Assembly (NCBI RefSeq): GCF_009914755.1
Contig: NC_060931.1
Source: the human T2T-CHM13v2.0 reference genome, Homo sapiens
DNA: 64,000 bases
Reading direction: 5' to 3' (one strand)
Shown in pieces: positions 45,189-60,810 of the stretch. A program made the position numbers and the translations under genes. A model generated the notes under the pieces. That model saw only the letters and a program-made list of their open reading frames with translations. It made no database searches and was not told where the DNA came from. Numbering within the stretch: the stretch's first letter is position 1; each line of letters begins with the position of its first letter.

Positions 45189-46898
45189 TGTCAGTACTAC
45201 ATAAAGCAATCTACAGAACCAATGCAATCCCTATCAAAAGACCAATGACATTCTTCACAGAAATAGAAAAATTCCTAAATTTCTACAGAACCACAAAGAC
45301 CCCGAATAGCCAATGCAGTACTAAGCTAAAAGGACAAAGCTGGAGGAATCACACTATCAGACTTAATATACTACCAAGTTGTAGTAACCAAAACAGCATA
45401 GTACTTGGAATAAAAACAGTCACATGGACCAATGGGACAGAATAGAGAACAACAACAAAAAACAAAACTCTGTATATATAGCCAATTGATTTTTGACAAA
45501 GATGACAGATGACAAGAAAACCCACTGGGGATAGGGCAGTGTCCTCAACAAACGGTGCTGAGAAAACTGAACATCCATATGCCGAAGAATGTAACTAGAC
45601 CTTCACCACTCACCCTGTACAAAAGTCAACTCAAAATAGATCTAAAATGGAAGACTCAAAATTATAAAAGTACTAGAAGAAAACAAAAGGGAAATGTTTC
45701 AGGACGTTGGTCTGGAAAAGAGTTTATAAATAATGCCTCAAAGCACAGGCAACAAAACAAAAAATAAACAAATGGGATTAAATAAAACTAAAAAGGTTCT
45801 GCACAGCAAAGGAAACAATCTATAGAGTGAAAAGACAACCTACAGAATGAAGAAAATATTTGAAAACTATTCATCCAACAAGGAATTAATATCTAGAATA
45901 CACAAGGAACTCAAACATCTTGATAGCAAAAAAAAAAAAAAAATCCTGATTTAAAAATGGACGATGATATTTACAGACATTTCTTAAAAAGAAGAGATAC
46001 AAATGGCCAACAAATATATGTTGTTCAATATCACTAATCATCAGGGGAATGCAAATCACAATCACAATGAAGTATTATCTCACCCTACTTAGTAGATTAT
46101 TATAAAACAGACGAAACATAACAAATGCTGGAGAGGGCACAGTGAAAAGGAAACGTATAAACTGTTGAAGGAAATGTAAATCAGTACAGCCACTTCGTAG
46201 AATAGTATACAGATTCCTCAAAAAAATACAAATAGAACTATATGGTCCAGCAATCCCACTACTGGGCATTTATCCAAAGAAAAGGAAATCAGTATATTCA
46301 AGGGACATCTGCACCACTATGTTTATTGCAGGACTGTTCACAATTTCCAAGATATGGCATCAACCTAGCTGTCCAACGACAGATGAAAAGATAAAGAAAA
46401 TGTGGTGTATATACACAATAGAATACTATTCAGTCAGAACAAGAATGAAATCCTGCTGCAACATGGACGGAACTCAAGGACATTATATTAAGTAAAATAA
46501 GCCAGGAACAGAACGTTGAATGCCACATATTCTCTGTCATATGAGGAAACTAAACAGAGATGATCTCATATAAATAAACATAGAACAGAGGATACTGGAA
46601 ACCAGGGATGGAAGGGAGGAGAGACAGGGATAGGGAGAAGTTTGTTAAAGGTTACAAAATTATAGCTGGATGGGAGGAATAAGTTCTAGTGTTACACAGC
46701 ACTGTATGAATATATTTAACTATGATATTTAATTTCAAACAACTAGAAGAAGGACATTGAATGCTACCAACACAAAGAAATCATATATATTTCACGGGAT
46801 GGATGTGCTAATTGATCTGATCACTATATATTATATGCATGGCATCATTACTGTGTACCCCATAAATATGTGCAATTATTATGCGTTAATTAAAAAAT
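45189..46898 (+). mobile_element. L1MA5-like 5'-truncated LINE-1
   Basis: KAIYRTNAIPIKRPMTFFTEIEK ORF2 peptide through the L1MA 3'UTR; possible degraded TSD aaattgtttgtcagta / aaatacattgtcagta. Confidence 0.9.
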
Positions 46899-47689
46899 GA
46901 AATACATTGTCAGTATTTACAAGCGTCCTTTCTAACAAATAATTTGAAATTTGTTTAAATACAAATTGTATGACTAAAAACCATTTGTCACCAATCATTA
47001 CAGCATGTACTTCAGGTAATGCCTAGGATAAAAAAAGTAGCTTAATAATTTGTAATAAATAATTTGTCTGAACTGTATGTAAGATGGTTGTATCACACAT
47101 TTCTGAGATGCAAATAGTAAGACTAAATGCTTAGTAAAGATATTCATTAAATATTTTAATATTTGTATCTGTGTTGTTATACTTCCAGGTCCAAAAAACT
47201 TTCGAAACCTGAAGAAGGTGTGTAGCATAATTTAGCAATAGCCAAAATTAATATTCAAGTACCTCTTTATTGTCTACTCCATTAAAAGTGTCAAGTTTTG
47301 TAGAATGTAATCAACTAGAATGCAAATGTCACACAGACAGCATCTTGATTAATGAGAAGATCAAAGAAGCACAATCCTTAGTCTTTAATATTCCAAATAT
47401 GAAGCATTTGGGGAATTTGACACATTGGACTTCAGATGTTCTCTTTTCATGACAACATTATCAATGAGGAAAGAAAATTGAAACAATAATAAATTATCCT
47501 GACAGGGATTGTAACTACAGTGGAAAAGGACATATTTCCTATTGCAATTTATTTTGTCTACTTAAAAAATGTTGCTCAGAAATGGCAGAGAAGCACTGAA
47601 GAGTAGAATCTAATACATTTTATTTAAATTAAATTATACTTAATATGTCAGAAAACACATTCATGTACATGAAGAGCATTTTAAATGTT

Positions 47690-49730
47690 TTAAATGTTTA
47701 ATTTTTAAATAGAAATGTTACTAATATGGTTGTAGGTATTTTTTGTATACCCTTCATCCAGCTTCCCCCTTATGTTAGCATTTTGCATAATGAAACACTT
47801 TATCATAAAGAATTAAATTCAGTAAAATACTATTAACATATAGAATTGTTTGAATTTCACCATTTTTTCATTAATTTCTTTTTCTATTACAGGATCCAAT
47901 CTAGGATGCCACATTAAATTTTGTTGTCATGTCCCTTCAGCAGACTCCAATCTATAACTGTCTTTATTTGTCCCTTATTACCTTGCCTCTTTTGAGGACA
48001 ACTGGTGAGATATTTTGTAGAATATTCCTCCATTTGTGTTTGACTTTTGTTTTCTCATGGTTAGTTTGAGATTATACATTGTCCAGAAGGATACTAGAGA
48101 GATGATATTCCCGTCTCAATATTTCACATTAGGGGATAGAATGATATCAGTATTCTTTTCTCACAACAATAACCATGACCACCTGGCTAAAGTGGCATTT
48201 TCTGGGTTTCTCCAATTATAAATTTATTGTTTTTTTCCCCTTGGTAATTACTAAATGTTTTTAGGGAGATACTTTCAGACTCTGCAAACATCTTCTTTCT
48301 GCTTAAATTTTTACCCACTAATTTAGCATCCATAAATGATATTCTAGTGATGATTTTCTATATGCTTCATTCTTTGTACATTGGAATCCATCTGTAAGAA
48401 ATGTTTTTACTTATTTCCATTCATTTATTCTGAAAACTGTCTATTTAAACTGGTATAGATTAATATATATTTCTTTTCTTTTTGGATTATAATCCATACT
48501 ATTGTTACTTATATTGTCATTCAAGTTGTTTCAACTTTGGCCATTGACAACTCTTTCAGGTTGGTGCTTTGAACATTGCTTTATTTATTTTTTCTTTTTT
48601 CCTTTTCTTTTCTTTCTTTTCTTACTTTCTGCCACTGCAAAATGCTCTAGGTTCAAAGTTCAACTTGCACTTTCCCTGCTCCAGGTCTAGAGTCATTTTA
48701 TTGCAGTATGGTATATAGAAACCAAGAACTAGATTTGCTCATTGCTACTGCAGGGTCACTGCTTCTCACCTTTCTTAGTGAACAGATACAGCAAATACAT
48801 GTATATATACTAAATACAAAAACTCACACTCATCCACACACAAAACTATACTTATTTCTCTAGTTGTACATATATTTTTGAAACGTGTGCTAGTCTGTAC
48901 TGACACCTCCACCTAAAATCCAGCACCCTGGGCTGCATTGTAGACTTCTCCTTTTCCCTTATTTTATTTATAACTTCTTTCTCCTATAGTAAGAAACCTG
49001 TCCATAATTCATTTATATTGCATTCACTTATTATCTCCAGCCTATGATACAAATAGTTTCAATATTCCTAAACCTTACTCCTGTTTAAAATAAATTTATC
49101 AACTAGCAGTGTTTTGTGTGTTTGTTGTCTTTAGCTTTATGGTATCACACCAAAATATTGTTTTGCTAAGTTACATAGGTCAGCTTCCTTTTTTCCTATC
49201 ATTTCAGTTGAGTTTTGGGATTCATGGTGATGCAGTTTCATTTGTTACAATCTCCTTTCCATTTTTCCCCCACAACCTAGTTGATTTTTTAAAATTTACA
49301 CGACACACAAAAAATTATCTTCTGGGGCATATTATTCTGTCAGTTTTGACAAATGCATACAGTCATGTAGCAGTGAGCACAGTTTTGGAGAGAACAGTAC
49401 GTTTGTCCTCAAGTCTCCTATACCACCTTTCTACTGACAACTGTTTATACTCACCCCCCTACCCTTGGGCATTAATGATTGGTTTTTTCTCCAGATTTTC
49501 TTTTTGTAAAACATCATATAAATGGAATCATACAATATCAGCCTTTAGATATTATTTTGCTTAGAAAATGCACTTTACATTTATTTATATTGTTGTATGT
49601 ATCACTATTTTGTCCTTCTTGACTGTTCAAGAAACATTGCATTGTATAGATATGCCATACTTTGTATTACTAATTGAGGGACATTAGAAAAATTGTCCTC
49701 AATTTGGAGAAACTATGAATAATGTTATAC
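47690..49730 (-). mobile_element. L1MC4-like long 3'UTR
   Basis: caggatccaatctaggatgccacatt, attttgtagaatattcctcc, tatagaaaccaaga, catataaatggaatcatacaat motifs. Confidence 0.8.
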
Positions 49731-51570
49731 TTGAATCAACATTTTTCTTAAATATTGGTTTATATTATAATGTAAAATTACAATATAAAATTATAAAATG
49801 AAATGTAGAACTTCTAGTGAATTTCTTTTACTTATTTGATTAAAATATAATTGTGGAAACTAACTTCATAGCTACTCTCACCAAGGCTTAGGGGAAAATT
49901 TTCTGTAATTTCAGAAATTATCTTATCTTTTGTGATAAGATAATTTAAGAATAAACTAAGCTTTGACCTTGTATAGTGAAAAATATTTTAATGTTCTAAA
50001 GAAATATGAGCTTGTTATAAAAGACTATTGAAATTAATATTTATAATTATTTTATCTCTAAATTATTTTTAATTATATGGCTATGCTATAAAAGTCTGAA
50101 TTATTTAATATAACAGTCTGAAGTGATATTAAAATAAGTTCAGATTTCTTGTGCATATTTTGAACTAAATATCTCAAATAGTTAAATTACTTTATAAAAT
50201 CTATTCGATTTAAATTACTCCAAACTGTTTTGGGAACAGAAAAGATAAGTTTTGTCTTCAAAACTTAGCTACTATCTATCTTTTCCTTCTAAAACTACAT
50301 TTCAGAATACAAAAAGGATTTTTAAAAAGCTGGCTACTGTTTTACAATGGAGCTTTTTAATAACTTCAAAAATTATACTGATTGAATGGTTACAAGAGCA
50401 AGAACTAGGAAAAGATAATTTAAATAATCCTTCCTTTATCTGGACATGCTGGCATTTTTTATCTCATAAATGAAATTTTAATTCATTGCCATTTTAATAG
50501 GTAAAACAAATGCTTTTGTTAGAAGCTAGTTTTCTCAACTTCAATTAAACTTCAGCATGACTTTTGTGCATAAGGACGTACATAGAAAATATAAACCAAT
50601 CACATATTTTTTCACCAACTTTGTAGAACTTCATATTGCTGTCATCATTTTCTATGTGTAGTTAAAAATGTCATTAAATTTTGTGCAGTTTTTTGCATTT
50701 TCACTTTTAAAATGGGTTTGAATTTATTATTTTTTTCTAGTAAATACTTCTACAAAATCATTAATCATAGTGTGCCAATTTGTTAGATATAAACTTGAAA
50801 ACGAGTCAAGTAATAAACCTCTCAAAATATATCAAATGATCCATGGATGCTTTTTAGCTCTGTATAAAGTGGAATAATAGTACATTATCTAACGAAGACA
50901 GTGAACACTGAATAATTTATAATTTATGTAATTTTCAAAACTAGACATTTTTTCCTTTAAAGATCCATTAATATCAAATTGTCTTTGGCTGTTGAAAGTA
51001 CTATTATAGGAGTTTTATAAGTACCCCAAAGGTTTGTAGCACAATCATCTAAACTCTTGTGATAAACTTAGATATAGTAAATAAAATTAGGACTTCCCCT
51101 TAGGGAAATGTATTTCATTTTAGCTAAAATTAAACTATTCACATAATCCCATGATCTGAGAATTATAGCATATGGTATGTCTATTTTTGTATAACTGACA
51201 CCAAACAGGAGTGAAAAAAAAATTGGCTATAGACAAGGAATAATAATCAAATTCACTCTAAAATACTATCAAGTCATCATAAGCTGAATAATAAAAACCT
51301 CACTTTATAAACTCCAGGCTGTTTATCTGCCAGTGCTGTCGTTGTTGTTTTTCTTTTAAAATACTATTGCAAATATTTAAAACCAAGTGGTCCTAATATT
51401 ATTGGTATTCATAAGGTATTCATGGCCAGTAATGAACTCCTAATTTATTGTTGTCCACAATGAATTCCAGAAATTATAGTTAACAATTACACATTGATAT
51501 AACCTGAAGGTGTCTTAATATCATTGGATGCTCAATGTAAAGAACAAAGGTAAATTTATAAACTCTTCTT

Positions 51571-51747
51571 TAAATATATATATTAAAAATATACATACTT
51601 ACCTATAAAAATGTTTATGTAAATGTATTAGAGATAGGGTTTCAATATGTTGAACAGGCTAGTCTCAAACTCCTGACCCTAAGCAATCTTCCTGCCTCAA
51701 TGTCCTGAGTAGCTTTGGATTACAGGCATGAGCCACCACACCCAGCT
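51571..51747 (-). mobile_element. FLAM (free left Alu monomer) with decayed AT-rich tail
   Basis: Monomer body at 51629-51747; candidate TSD core aactcttctt at 51561-51570 and 51754-51763. Confidence 0.85.
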
Positions 51748-52634
51748 GCAATCAACTCTTCTTGATTGGAAGCTCTGCCAAATTGGGTATTATTCACATT
51801 ACCATTTTCCTTAGCCAATAATTGAGACAAATAAAGACAGAAGATAATTTCTACTATCTAAAAATGGTACTTTTATGTTATATTAAATCACCAAAAATAT
51901 TGTAAGATAAACTAATATGTTATAGATTGATTTTCAAATATTTATAAATTTTTCTTATTATTTTTCAAATGACATATCCTGGGAATAACGGTATAAAGAA
52001 AAAATTATTATGTTTTCTCTTTTACTTTATTTTATTTAGCCTCAAAGTTTTGTTTTTTGATATCCTTTTCTTTTTTTTAATTGTGGTATTTGATGGCAAT
52101 TGTTTTATATATTTCAATTGTTTTTATATAAATAATGCCAAATAACAGTTGTGAAACTGTTGTTATAATTATGGACTTATCCTGAAGGGTCCTTGTCAGC
52201 AGCATCTTGGATCTTCTGTTCTTCACTCAAATGATTTATAAATAGAGTGTTCTCAGTGCGGTCATTTTAAAAACTTTTGGTTGAATTTTTCAATAACTGC
52301 CTGATATGATTTCTGATTTATGTGTTCTTTCTTTAATGTTCTCTTTTTCAGCTCTATTATTCTGTATTCAAAAACTACCTTTCCTTATTTCTAAGCCTCT
52401 CAATTCTCCATTTCTTAAAGTTAAAATTCAGATTCTAGATTCTTATAACAGTTGAGAAAAAAATCACTTTTATCATGGAGATAGTTTTAATTTTTTTTGC
52501 ATATTTTGAGTTTCATTGAATGAACAAATGTGATTATATGTGATTATATGTTCCTATATTGCAAATCTTTATTGTATGAATAGGTCTTTTCTAAAGACAG
52601 GTCCTAAGGACATAGCATGACATGTTTAACCTAA

Positions 52635-52661
52635 AACAACAACAACAACAACAACAACAAC
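52635..52661. repeat. (AAC)9 microsatellite
   Basis: Directly visible. Confidence 0.95.
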
Positions 52662-53095
52662 AAAACCTTACTCTTCAATTAAAGGAATAATTTGTTTATA
52701 TTTCTGATTTTAAAGTTTTTGTCATTTGACTTTCCATCTTAAGTCTAATGTATGATGATGAAATTCCAGGAATCCTGCCTTTTCTGTAACTTCCATTGCC
52801 AACACACTAATATTCATTGTCCTTCCACATTCTTTCTTCAAGCAGCAGTAGAACACAGTTATTTTCTTTCTTGAAGAAGTTGTTTTTCAGTAAAAAAAAA
52901 AACAAAAAAAACCCAAAAAAATAAAAATAAAAAAAAACCATATTCACAGTGGCAACCTCAGGGCAGTCATCCAGACTACATAAAGAGTTTCTTTTTGGCA
53001 AGAATAAAACTTAGGATACATATAATATACGTATAACTCTCTGAAAGAACACAATGCTTCTCCAGAGTTCAGATTTGAGATTTTTAAAAAAATAA

Positions 53096-53403
53096 ATTTT
53101 ATATATTTATTTATTTTCATATTTTATTATACTTTCAGTTCTGGGATATATGTGGAGAATATGCAGGTTTGTTACATAGGTATACATGCGCCATGGTGGT
53201 TTGCTGCACTCATCAACCTGTCATCTACACTAGGTATTTCTCCTAATGCTATCCCTCTCCTTCCCCCACCCCCTGACAAGCCCCAGTGGGTGATGTTCCC
53301 CTCCTGTGTCCATGTATTCTCATTGTTCTCACTCCCGCTTATGAGTGAGAACATGTGGTGTTTGGTTTTTTGTTCATGTGTTAGTTTGCTGAGAATGATG
53401 GTT
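53096..53403 (-). mobile_element. L1PA7-like 3' end
   Basis: IILSKLTHEQKTKHHMFSLISGS and PA7-type 3'UTR (gccatggtggtttgctgcactcatcaacc). Confidence 0.9.
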
Positions 53404-54165
53404 AAGGACAAACAGCATTCAGTAAAACTTAACCTGTCACAGGCATAGAATACCAATCGCTTTTTGCAGCTGAGAAAATATGCATGTTTTACTACTTCCA
53501 CTTGCTTCTGCCTTAAATCTTGCAAGCTTGCCTCAGTCCCACTCTTCACTGAACAAGCAGGGACCATGTCATGCTTTCAAGGCACATCGTAGAGCAGGAA
53601 ACTTCTTGAATCTCCAATTCAACCTATCACCTAGATAGGCAGAACTGCTCCAACTTGGTATTTTTTCTTTATTTCTCGGTTTCATATTCTGTCACATATT
53701 CCTCACTGAGTTGCTTAAGAGCAGATGTGTATTCCATCTATAATAAACATCTTCTAAAGAGGTAACAAGTGCAACTCTCAGTGACCATTGCATGCCAATA
53801 GAAGACTTTTGCCATTTCGGAAGTGATAAATGATATTCATAGCTATAGGCTATTTTAATAGACACGTGTCTAAGAATGCAATTTTCTTTAATTTCTTTTT
53901 TTTTTTTTAAACTGAGACTTCAGCTCACCAAGGTGGTGAAGCCTTAGACTTAGTCAATAAAATGACTTAACCCTTTTCCCTAAGGTCACATCTGTAATTT
54001 TTGATTTCTTAAAAATAAAGGCATTAGAGAAGTGGTCACTAAGATCAGGACCTGGTGCCACTGAGACTTACAGACTTCCATCTCCTCTTTGGTTAGAACC
54101 CAGTCAGCTTACTCCTGAGTCTTAAAGTCTTCCCTTTTTATTAAAAGTCTTCTTCACATTCCTTA

Positions 54166-54317
54166 TCCTCCTTTCTCCTCTTCTCTTCTCTTCTCTCCCC
54201 TCCTCTCCTCTCTCCTCTCCTCTCCTGTCTCCTCCCCTCCCCTCTCCTCTCCTCCTCTCTTCTCTTCCCTTCTCTTCTCTTCTCGCTCTCTTTCTCTCTC
54301 TCTCTCCCTCTCTCCCT
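54166..54317. repeat. CT-rich polypyrimidine/polypurine tract
   Basis: 152 nt with only two purines on the + strand. Confidence 0.95.
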
Positions 54318-55240
54318 GCCCACCACCCTCCATTACACTTTAAGCTCAGATAAATATGCGGTTCTTATTCTATAGTGATGCATTAGAAAACTCTGAGGAT
54401 CTGAGTCTCTCCAAGGCTCTCAGACATAATTAATAGCCATTTCTGTGTTTGTTATTGTTGTTGTATATTTGTTTTGTTTTGTTTGGGTTGAAGAAGAATG
54501 GTGGACATGCCAATCCTTATGTCTCTATCTGTGAAAAGAAGTACACAGGGTTTCTGACAGCTTATTTTCTAGAGCTTATGTGTAGGGGATAGAGGAAAAT
54601 GGAAAGTGGACAAAGTTTCCAAATCTCCTGGGTTCTAAAATTTCTTCTCTTCCCCTAAAACTCTTGAACTCTTATGAAGGTGGAAGTAGATGTAGGGGTA
54701 AAATTGGTAAATACTTTGAAGTTACTATTCTGTCTTGCTGCAAAGGTGAGGATTATAGTTGCAATTAGAAGCAATAATTGAATTATAGCATTGTCTACAC
54801 TTGCAGGTATTGTATACTAAACATATACAAGTATAAAACAAACAGAAAATTATTTGTATAAATTAGTAAGCAGTTTCGAGAATAACGTCATTGAAATATA
54901 TATCTGGAATTATTGGGGAAATATTAACTGTAATTTAATTGCTAGGAAAAAATCAGAATTCTAAAATAGAAAACACGTTTTTATTATTGCTTAATAGAAA
55001 ATTTGCATCTCTAATTTTTATATTTATTATTATGGGATCAGTATCAAGCAACCTCATTATTTTCATTAACTTTCATATTCCTGGGAAATACTGTAGCCTG
55101 TTTAAAAGCTATTGGTTATTAAAATGGCACATTCATGATAATTCAGGAGTAAATGTTAGGTTTTGATACATAACAATAAAATTTTAAAGGTATCGGGTTA
55201 ATGAACATATCATTACCACAAATTCTGTAATCCTAAATGA

Positions 55241-56368
<1,128 letters not shown>

Positions 56369-57259
56369 AAGAAAATTAAACATGTTGAGTTAATTAAACT
56401 AAACTGATTTGTGTCGCAGAAATAAAAAACAGATTCCTACACATTGCAGTTCCAAGAGGTTATCTCTATAGAATATTTTGATTTTATATATTTCAGAGGC
56501 TGGAATTTGATGGCATTCACCTGGGAAGTTTGCACAAACCTAAAAATTACACTGTCACTTAACTATTTGCTGAGATTCAGATTGAGTGAATTTCAGTACA
56601 AGACAGGGTAACTGATGTGTTCACTTACTTTACATTATTACAAATTACTTGTCCAGTCATCAGTAGAGAGATTTATGGCAATTTTACTTTTTGAAAAATT
56701 ATACGTTTTCTATTTAAAGGCTAATATAATCCCATTTTTATCCAGATAGCATTAGACCATACTGCTAATACAAATGAGATCTCTCTTTTGAAGAAGAACA
56801 GATAGAACATTGCAATCAAAAATATTTATGAGATTTCAAAGCCTGGGATGGAATAGCCTCCTATTAGAAACATAAAAGGCCATCTAAAGTAAATTTAATA
56901 ATAAACAAACAAAATAAAGAGCACATCTTCAGAGTCCAAGATCCCAGACAGAAGGGAACCCCATGAGCCACCATTCTGCAACTGTTTCATTCTTCAGAAT
57001 ATTTGTTGATTTTCAAAGATCAACACAACTCTTCTTGCTGAAGGTTGCTGCCAGAGGGCAGATAACCCAGCAACAATGTTGGTGATCTCAAAAGATTAGG
57101 GTGAGAAAACTTAGAATTTTGTGCCAAAGCAGCCGGCACTTCAGTGGAGCAAGCAGGAGAAGCTGCAAGGAATAAGCCTGTCCCTTTAAAATTGTTCACT
57201 GAGGCATTTGCCACATTCTTCACTATACAGAGCAGGTTGTTAGGTGGGGGGGGAATGGA

Positions 57260-57948
57260 AATGAACACACGTTGGTGAGAATATGTAAAAATATGTAACC
57301 CTTGTACTTTGCTGGTGGAAATGTTACATTAAATGATGCAGACACTGTGGAAAACAATTTGGCAGTTCCTTAAATACTTAAACACAGAGTTATCACATAA
57401 TCCAGCAATTTCATTCCCAGATACATACCCAAACAAATTGAAAGCAGGGGCTCAAACAGACAGATATCAATGTTCATAGCACTTTTATTCACAATAGCCA
57501 CAAGGAGGAACAACAAGTATTTAACAACAGATAAATGAATAACCAAAATTTATATGCACACAAAGGAATAGTATTCAGTATTAAAAAAGACTGACAATGT
57601 TATACATGCCTACATCACAGATGGACCTTGAAACATGCTAAGTGAAATAAGCTAAACATAAAAGGACAATGTTTTTATTCCATTAATATGAGTCATGTAG
57701 AATAGGCAAATCCTTAGCCACAGAGATTAGAATAAAAGTTACCAAGGTCTGGGAGTAAGAGACAATGGAGAATTGCTATAATGGGTACAGTTTCTGTTTG
57801 GGATGATGAAAAAGTTCTGGAAATGGATAATGGCAAAGGTTGCAAACATTGTGAATGTACTTAATGCCACTGAAGTGTACACTTAAAAATGATTGAAATA
57901 CTAAATTTTGTGCTATGTATATTTTACCACAATAAAAAATAAAATAAA
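57260..57948 (+). mobile_element. L1MB7/8-like 3' end
   Basis: gtttctgtttgggatgatgaaaaagttctggaaatggat...ttttaccacaataaaaaat. Confidence 0.88.
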
Positions 57949-57984
57949 TACACCCAAAAGAAACATAGGCAGAATACATGAAAG

Positions 57985-58640
57985 AGCACTTCACTTTGGA
58001 AAACATATAAATTAACAATAAAAATTTTAAAAAGCATTCTATCTCATCATATGAGCTATTCAAATTTAAAACATTTTATTTTAATTTGCATACACTAGTA
58101 TAGCTAAAATAAAAGAGACTGATCATACAATCATACCAAGTATTGACAGGGAAAAGAGACAACAGAAACCCTCATCCACTGCTGGTAAAATTGGAAACAG
58201 GAAATCTGCATGTTATCCTCAAATGAAGGTGAAAATATGCATATCCCAATAACTCTCTTTCTAGGTAGATCCAAGAAGAAATACACATGTACAATAATGC
58301 TCATAGTGGTAGTATACATCATGGTTCCAAATAGGAAATTACCTTGACGTCCATCAATTTTAGTACAAATCAACATATTTTGTTATAATTTCATGCAATG
58401 GAAAATTATAGAGCAACAAAAATGATTGAAGAGCAACTACAATGTTGCATGAAAGTAACCTGTGATGTCAAAGGTCAAAATGTCAGTTACCTTCATGAGA
58501 GGGAGAGAGAATGAGGAGTGCTTCTGTAAAAGTGATCCCTACTTGATATAAATTCAGGTCACCACGCTTCGTTTACCTTTTAAAATTCACTTACTTGTTC
58601 AGGTGCACATTTACAATTTGTACAAACACACACACAGGTT
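57985..58640 (+). mobile_element. L1ME-like 3' fragment
   Basis: gctaaaataaaagagactga...accaagtattgac...ctcatccactgctggt, heavily degraded. Confidence 0.65.
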
Positions 58641-59389
58641 AAACTGTGTCAAAATTATATTTATTTGTAACTGTCAGTTGATCTTCACCGGAAGCCTAAG
58701 TCCTCAACATTTTCTTCAAAGCATTTAACTCTACAGGGAAATAGTAAAGGGGACTTCTGTCCTATACTCCAGTCAGTAATCGACAGCTTGTCCCCTTCAT
58801 AAGCAATTCACTCTTGCTATGTGTAAATAAGTGTACTGAGGTGGGAAACATTGTATCTGAAACTCCAACCACTTCTAATATTCATCGCTAAAACCTACTA
58901 TTTACTTTATTTCCCCATACCTACCATCACTTAATATTAGACATATGAACTGAAAATAAACTGATTTCATCACACACTTAACTGAATCCTGCCTTTATAC
59001 ATGCTCTGTTCCACATCCTTTTTATTTTTGTTTCAGTGCTCCAAGTGACATTGTATAACAATAATATAGATCCTTACTAGAACTCAGATTTTAAAAATAT
59101 CCAAAGACAAAAGCATAATTAACCCGATATTCATTATTCTTCCTGATACCGAACAAACTGTCTAAATATGTTACGTTTTGGTAGTAATGATGAAAGGAAA
59201 CTTTTTGACCCAAACCAACAAGAAATAGAATAATTGATTCACAATTTCATTAATGGGTAGTCAAGGCTAGATTTCGGCTGTTCATTTGATGGTAAAATTG
59301 AGTATAAGACATAGCTTCAAAGGGCATTGTTAACATGACCATCAGATTCTCAGCCATTTAATCAAAGAATCAGATTTTTTAAAAAATGT

Positions 59390-59640
59390 TGGATTCCTCA
59401 TAAAATAAATTGAAGAGCTCCTTTTAATTCTCAGGGGCATACATGGCATTTAAAAATATTCCACAAATTGTGGAATAATTTATCAGTGAGACAATTGAGG
59501 TTGAGATTTCTTTGGCAAAAGTCTTAATAATGAATTTTGATTTATTCAATAGATATTAGACTAGGCATATTTTCTATTCCTTCTTCTGGTCAGGCCTAGT
59601 AAGGTATATTTGTCATCCAAGAGTTCAAATTTATTAGCAT
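59390..59640 (-). mobile_element. Ancient L1 ORF2 fragment
   Basis: cctcataaaataaattgaagag, catattttctattccttctt, ttcaaatttattagcat. Confidence 0.55.
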
Positions 59641-60279
59641 TTTTTTGGGGGGAGCATTTTTTGATATCTCCTGGCATTGGGCTGATTGACTTTCTGACCA
59701 ATCATCCCATCTCCACACTATTTTCTGTTACACTCACCATGGCTCATCTCTGCATTGCGATTAACTGCTTTGAGCAGCCTGTATATTTTATTTTAGTTTT
59801 TGAAACTGTGGATTTTTCTTCTTTCTCTTAGAGTTGCTGAAAATGGACTTTTCTGACTAGTTGTTATTTGCACCTTGTGAAAGATAAGAAGAATATTTCT
59901 GTCTCCTATAATTCTGTTCATATCACAAGTCTTCTCTATTTTGAGAATAAAATTAAGAAAAAACTGTTTCCATATTTAAAGCCTTTTGAATGTTTTCCTC
60001 TAAAACAGTCCTCAGAGTTAGCAGTGTAAAATTCAGGTTATTTGTAAAATTTTCCAGATTCAAGAATTTACCTTACGCAATGAAGAAAAAGTGCAAGAGA
60101 TAGTATTAAATTCTAGAAAACTCAAATAGTAAAAAATAGTGGTAATAAAACAGTAAGCTTGATAGCACAGGAAACATGATTTGGAGTATTTTCTGAAAAA
60201 AAAGAAGGAAATTTCACATGGCAAAGTTTTTGCTCATGGCTTAGGCAGTAAAATTAATGCTTTATAAGATGTCTTTAAA

Positions 60280-60810
60280 CAAACTTATTTTAAGCTCCGG
60301 GTATATGTGCAGGTTAATTACATAGGTAAACGTGCATCATGGGGATTTGTTGTACAGGTTATTTCATCACCCTGGTATAAAGCATACTACCCATTATTTT
60401 TTCTGGTTCTCTTCCTCCTTCCACCCTCCACCCTCCATAGGCCCCAGTGTGTGTTGTTCCCCTCTACCTCTATGTGTTCTTGTTTTCTCATAATTAACCT
60501 GCCATTTATATGTGAGAACACACTGTATTTGGTTTGCTTTTCCTGTGTCAGTTTGCTAAGAATAATGGCCTCCAGCTCCATCCATGTCCCTGCAAGGGAC
60601 ATGACCTCATTCTTTTTTATGGCTGCATAGTATTCCATGCTGTACACGTCCCACATTTTCTTTATCCGTCTATCTTTGATGGACATTTAGGTTGATTCCA
60701 TGTATTTGCTATTGTGAATAGTGGTGCAATGAACATATGCATGCCTGTGTCTTTATAATAGAACAATTTATATTTCTTTAGATATATACTTAGCAATAGG
60801 ATTGCTAGGC
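60280..60810 (-). mobile_element. L1PA11-13-like 3' end
   Basis: MEYYAAIKKNEVMSLAGTWMELEAIILSKLTQE plus 3'UTR. Confidence 0.9.

Noticed and set aside
49109-49564. 151-codon hydrophobic ORF
   Set aside because: GTG start; antisense to a T-rich L1MC 3'UTR; composition explains the apparent membrane-like sequence.
54141-54326. Arg/Glu-rich ORF
   Set aside because: Translation of the CT/GA low-complexity tract.
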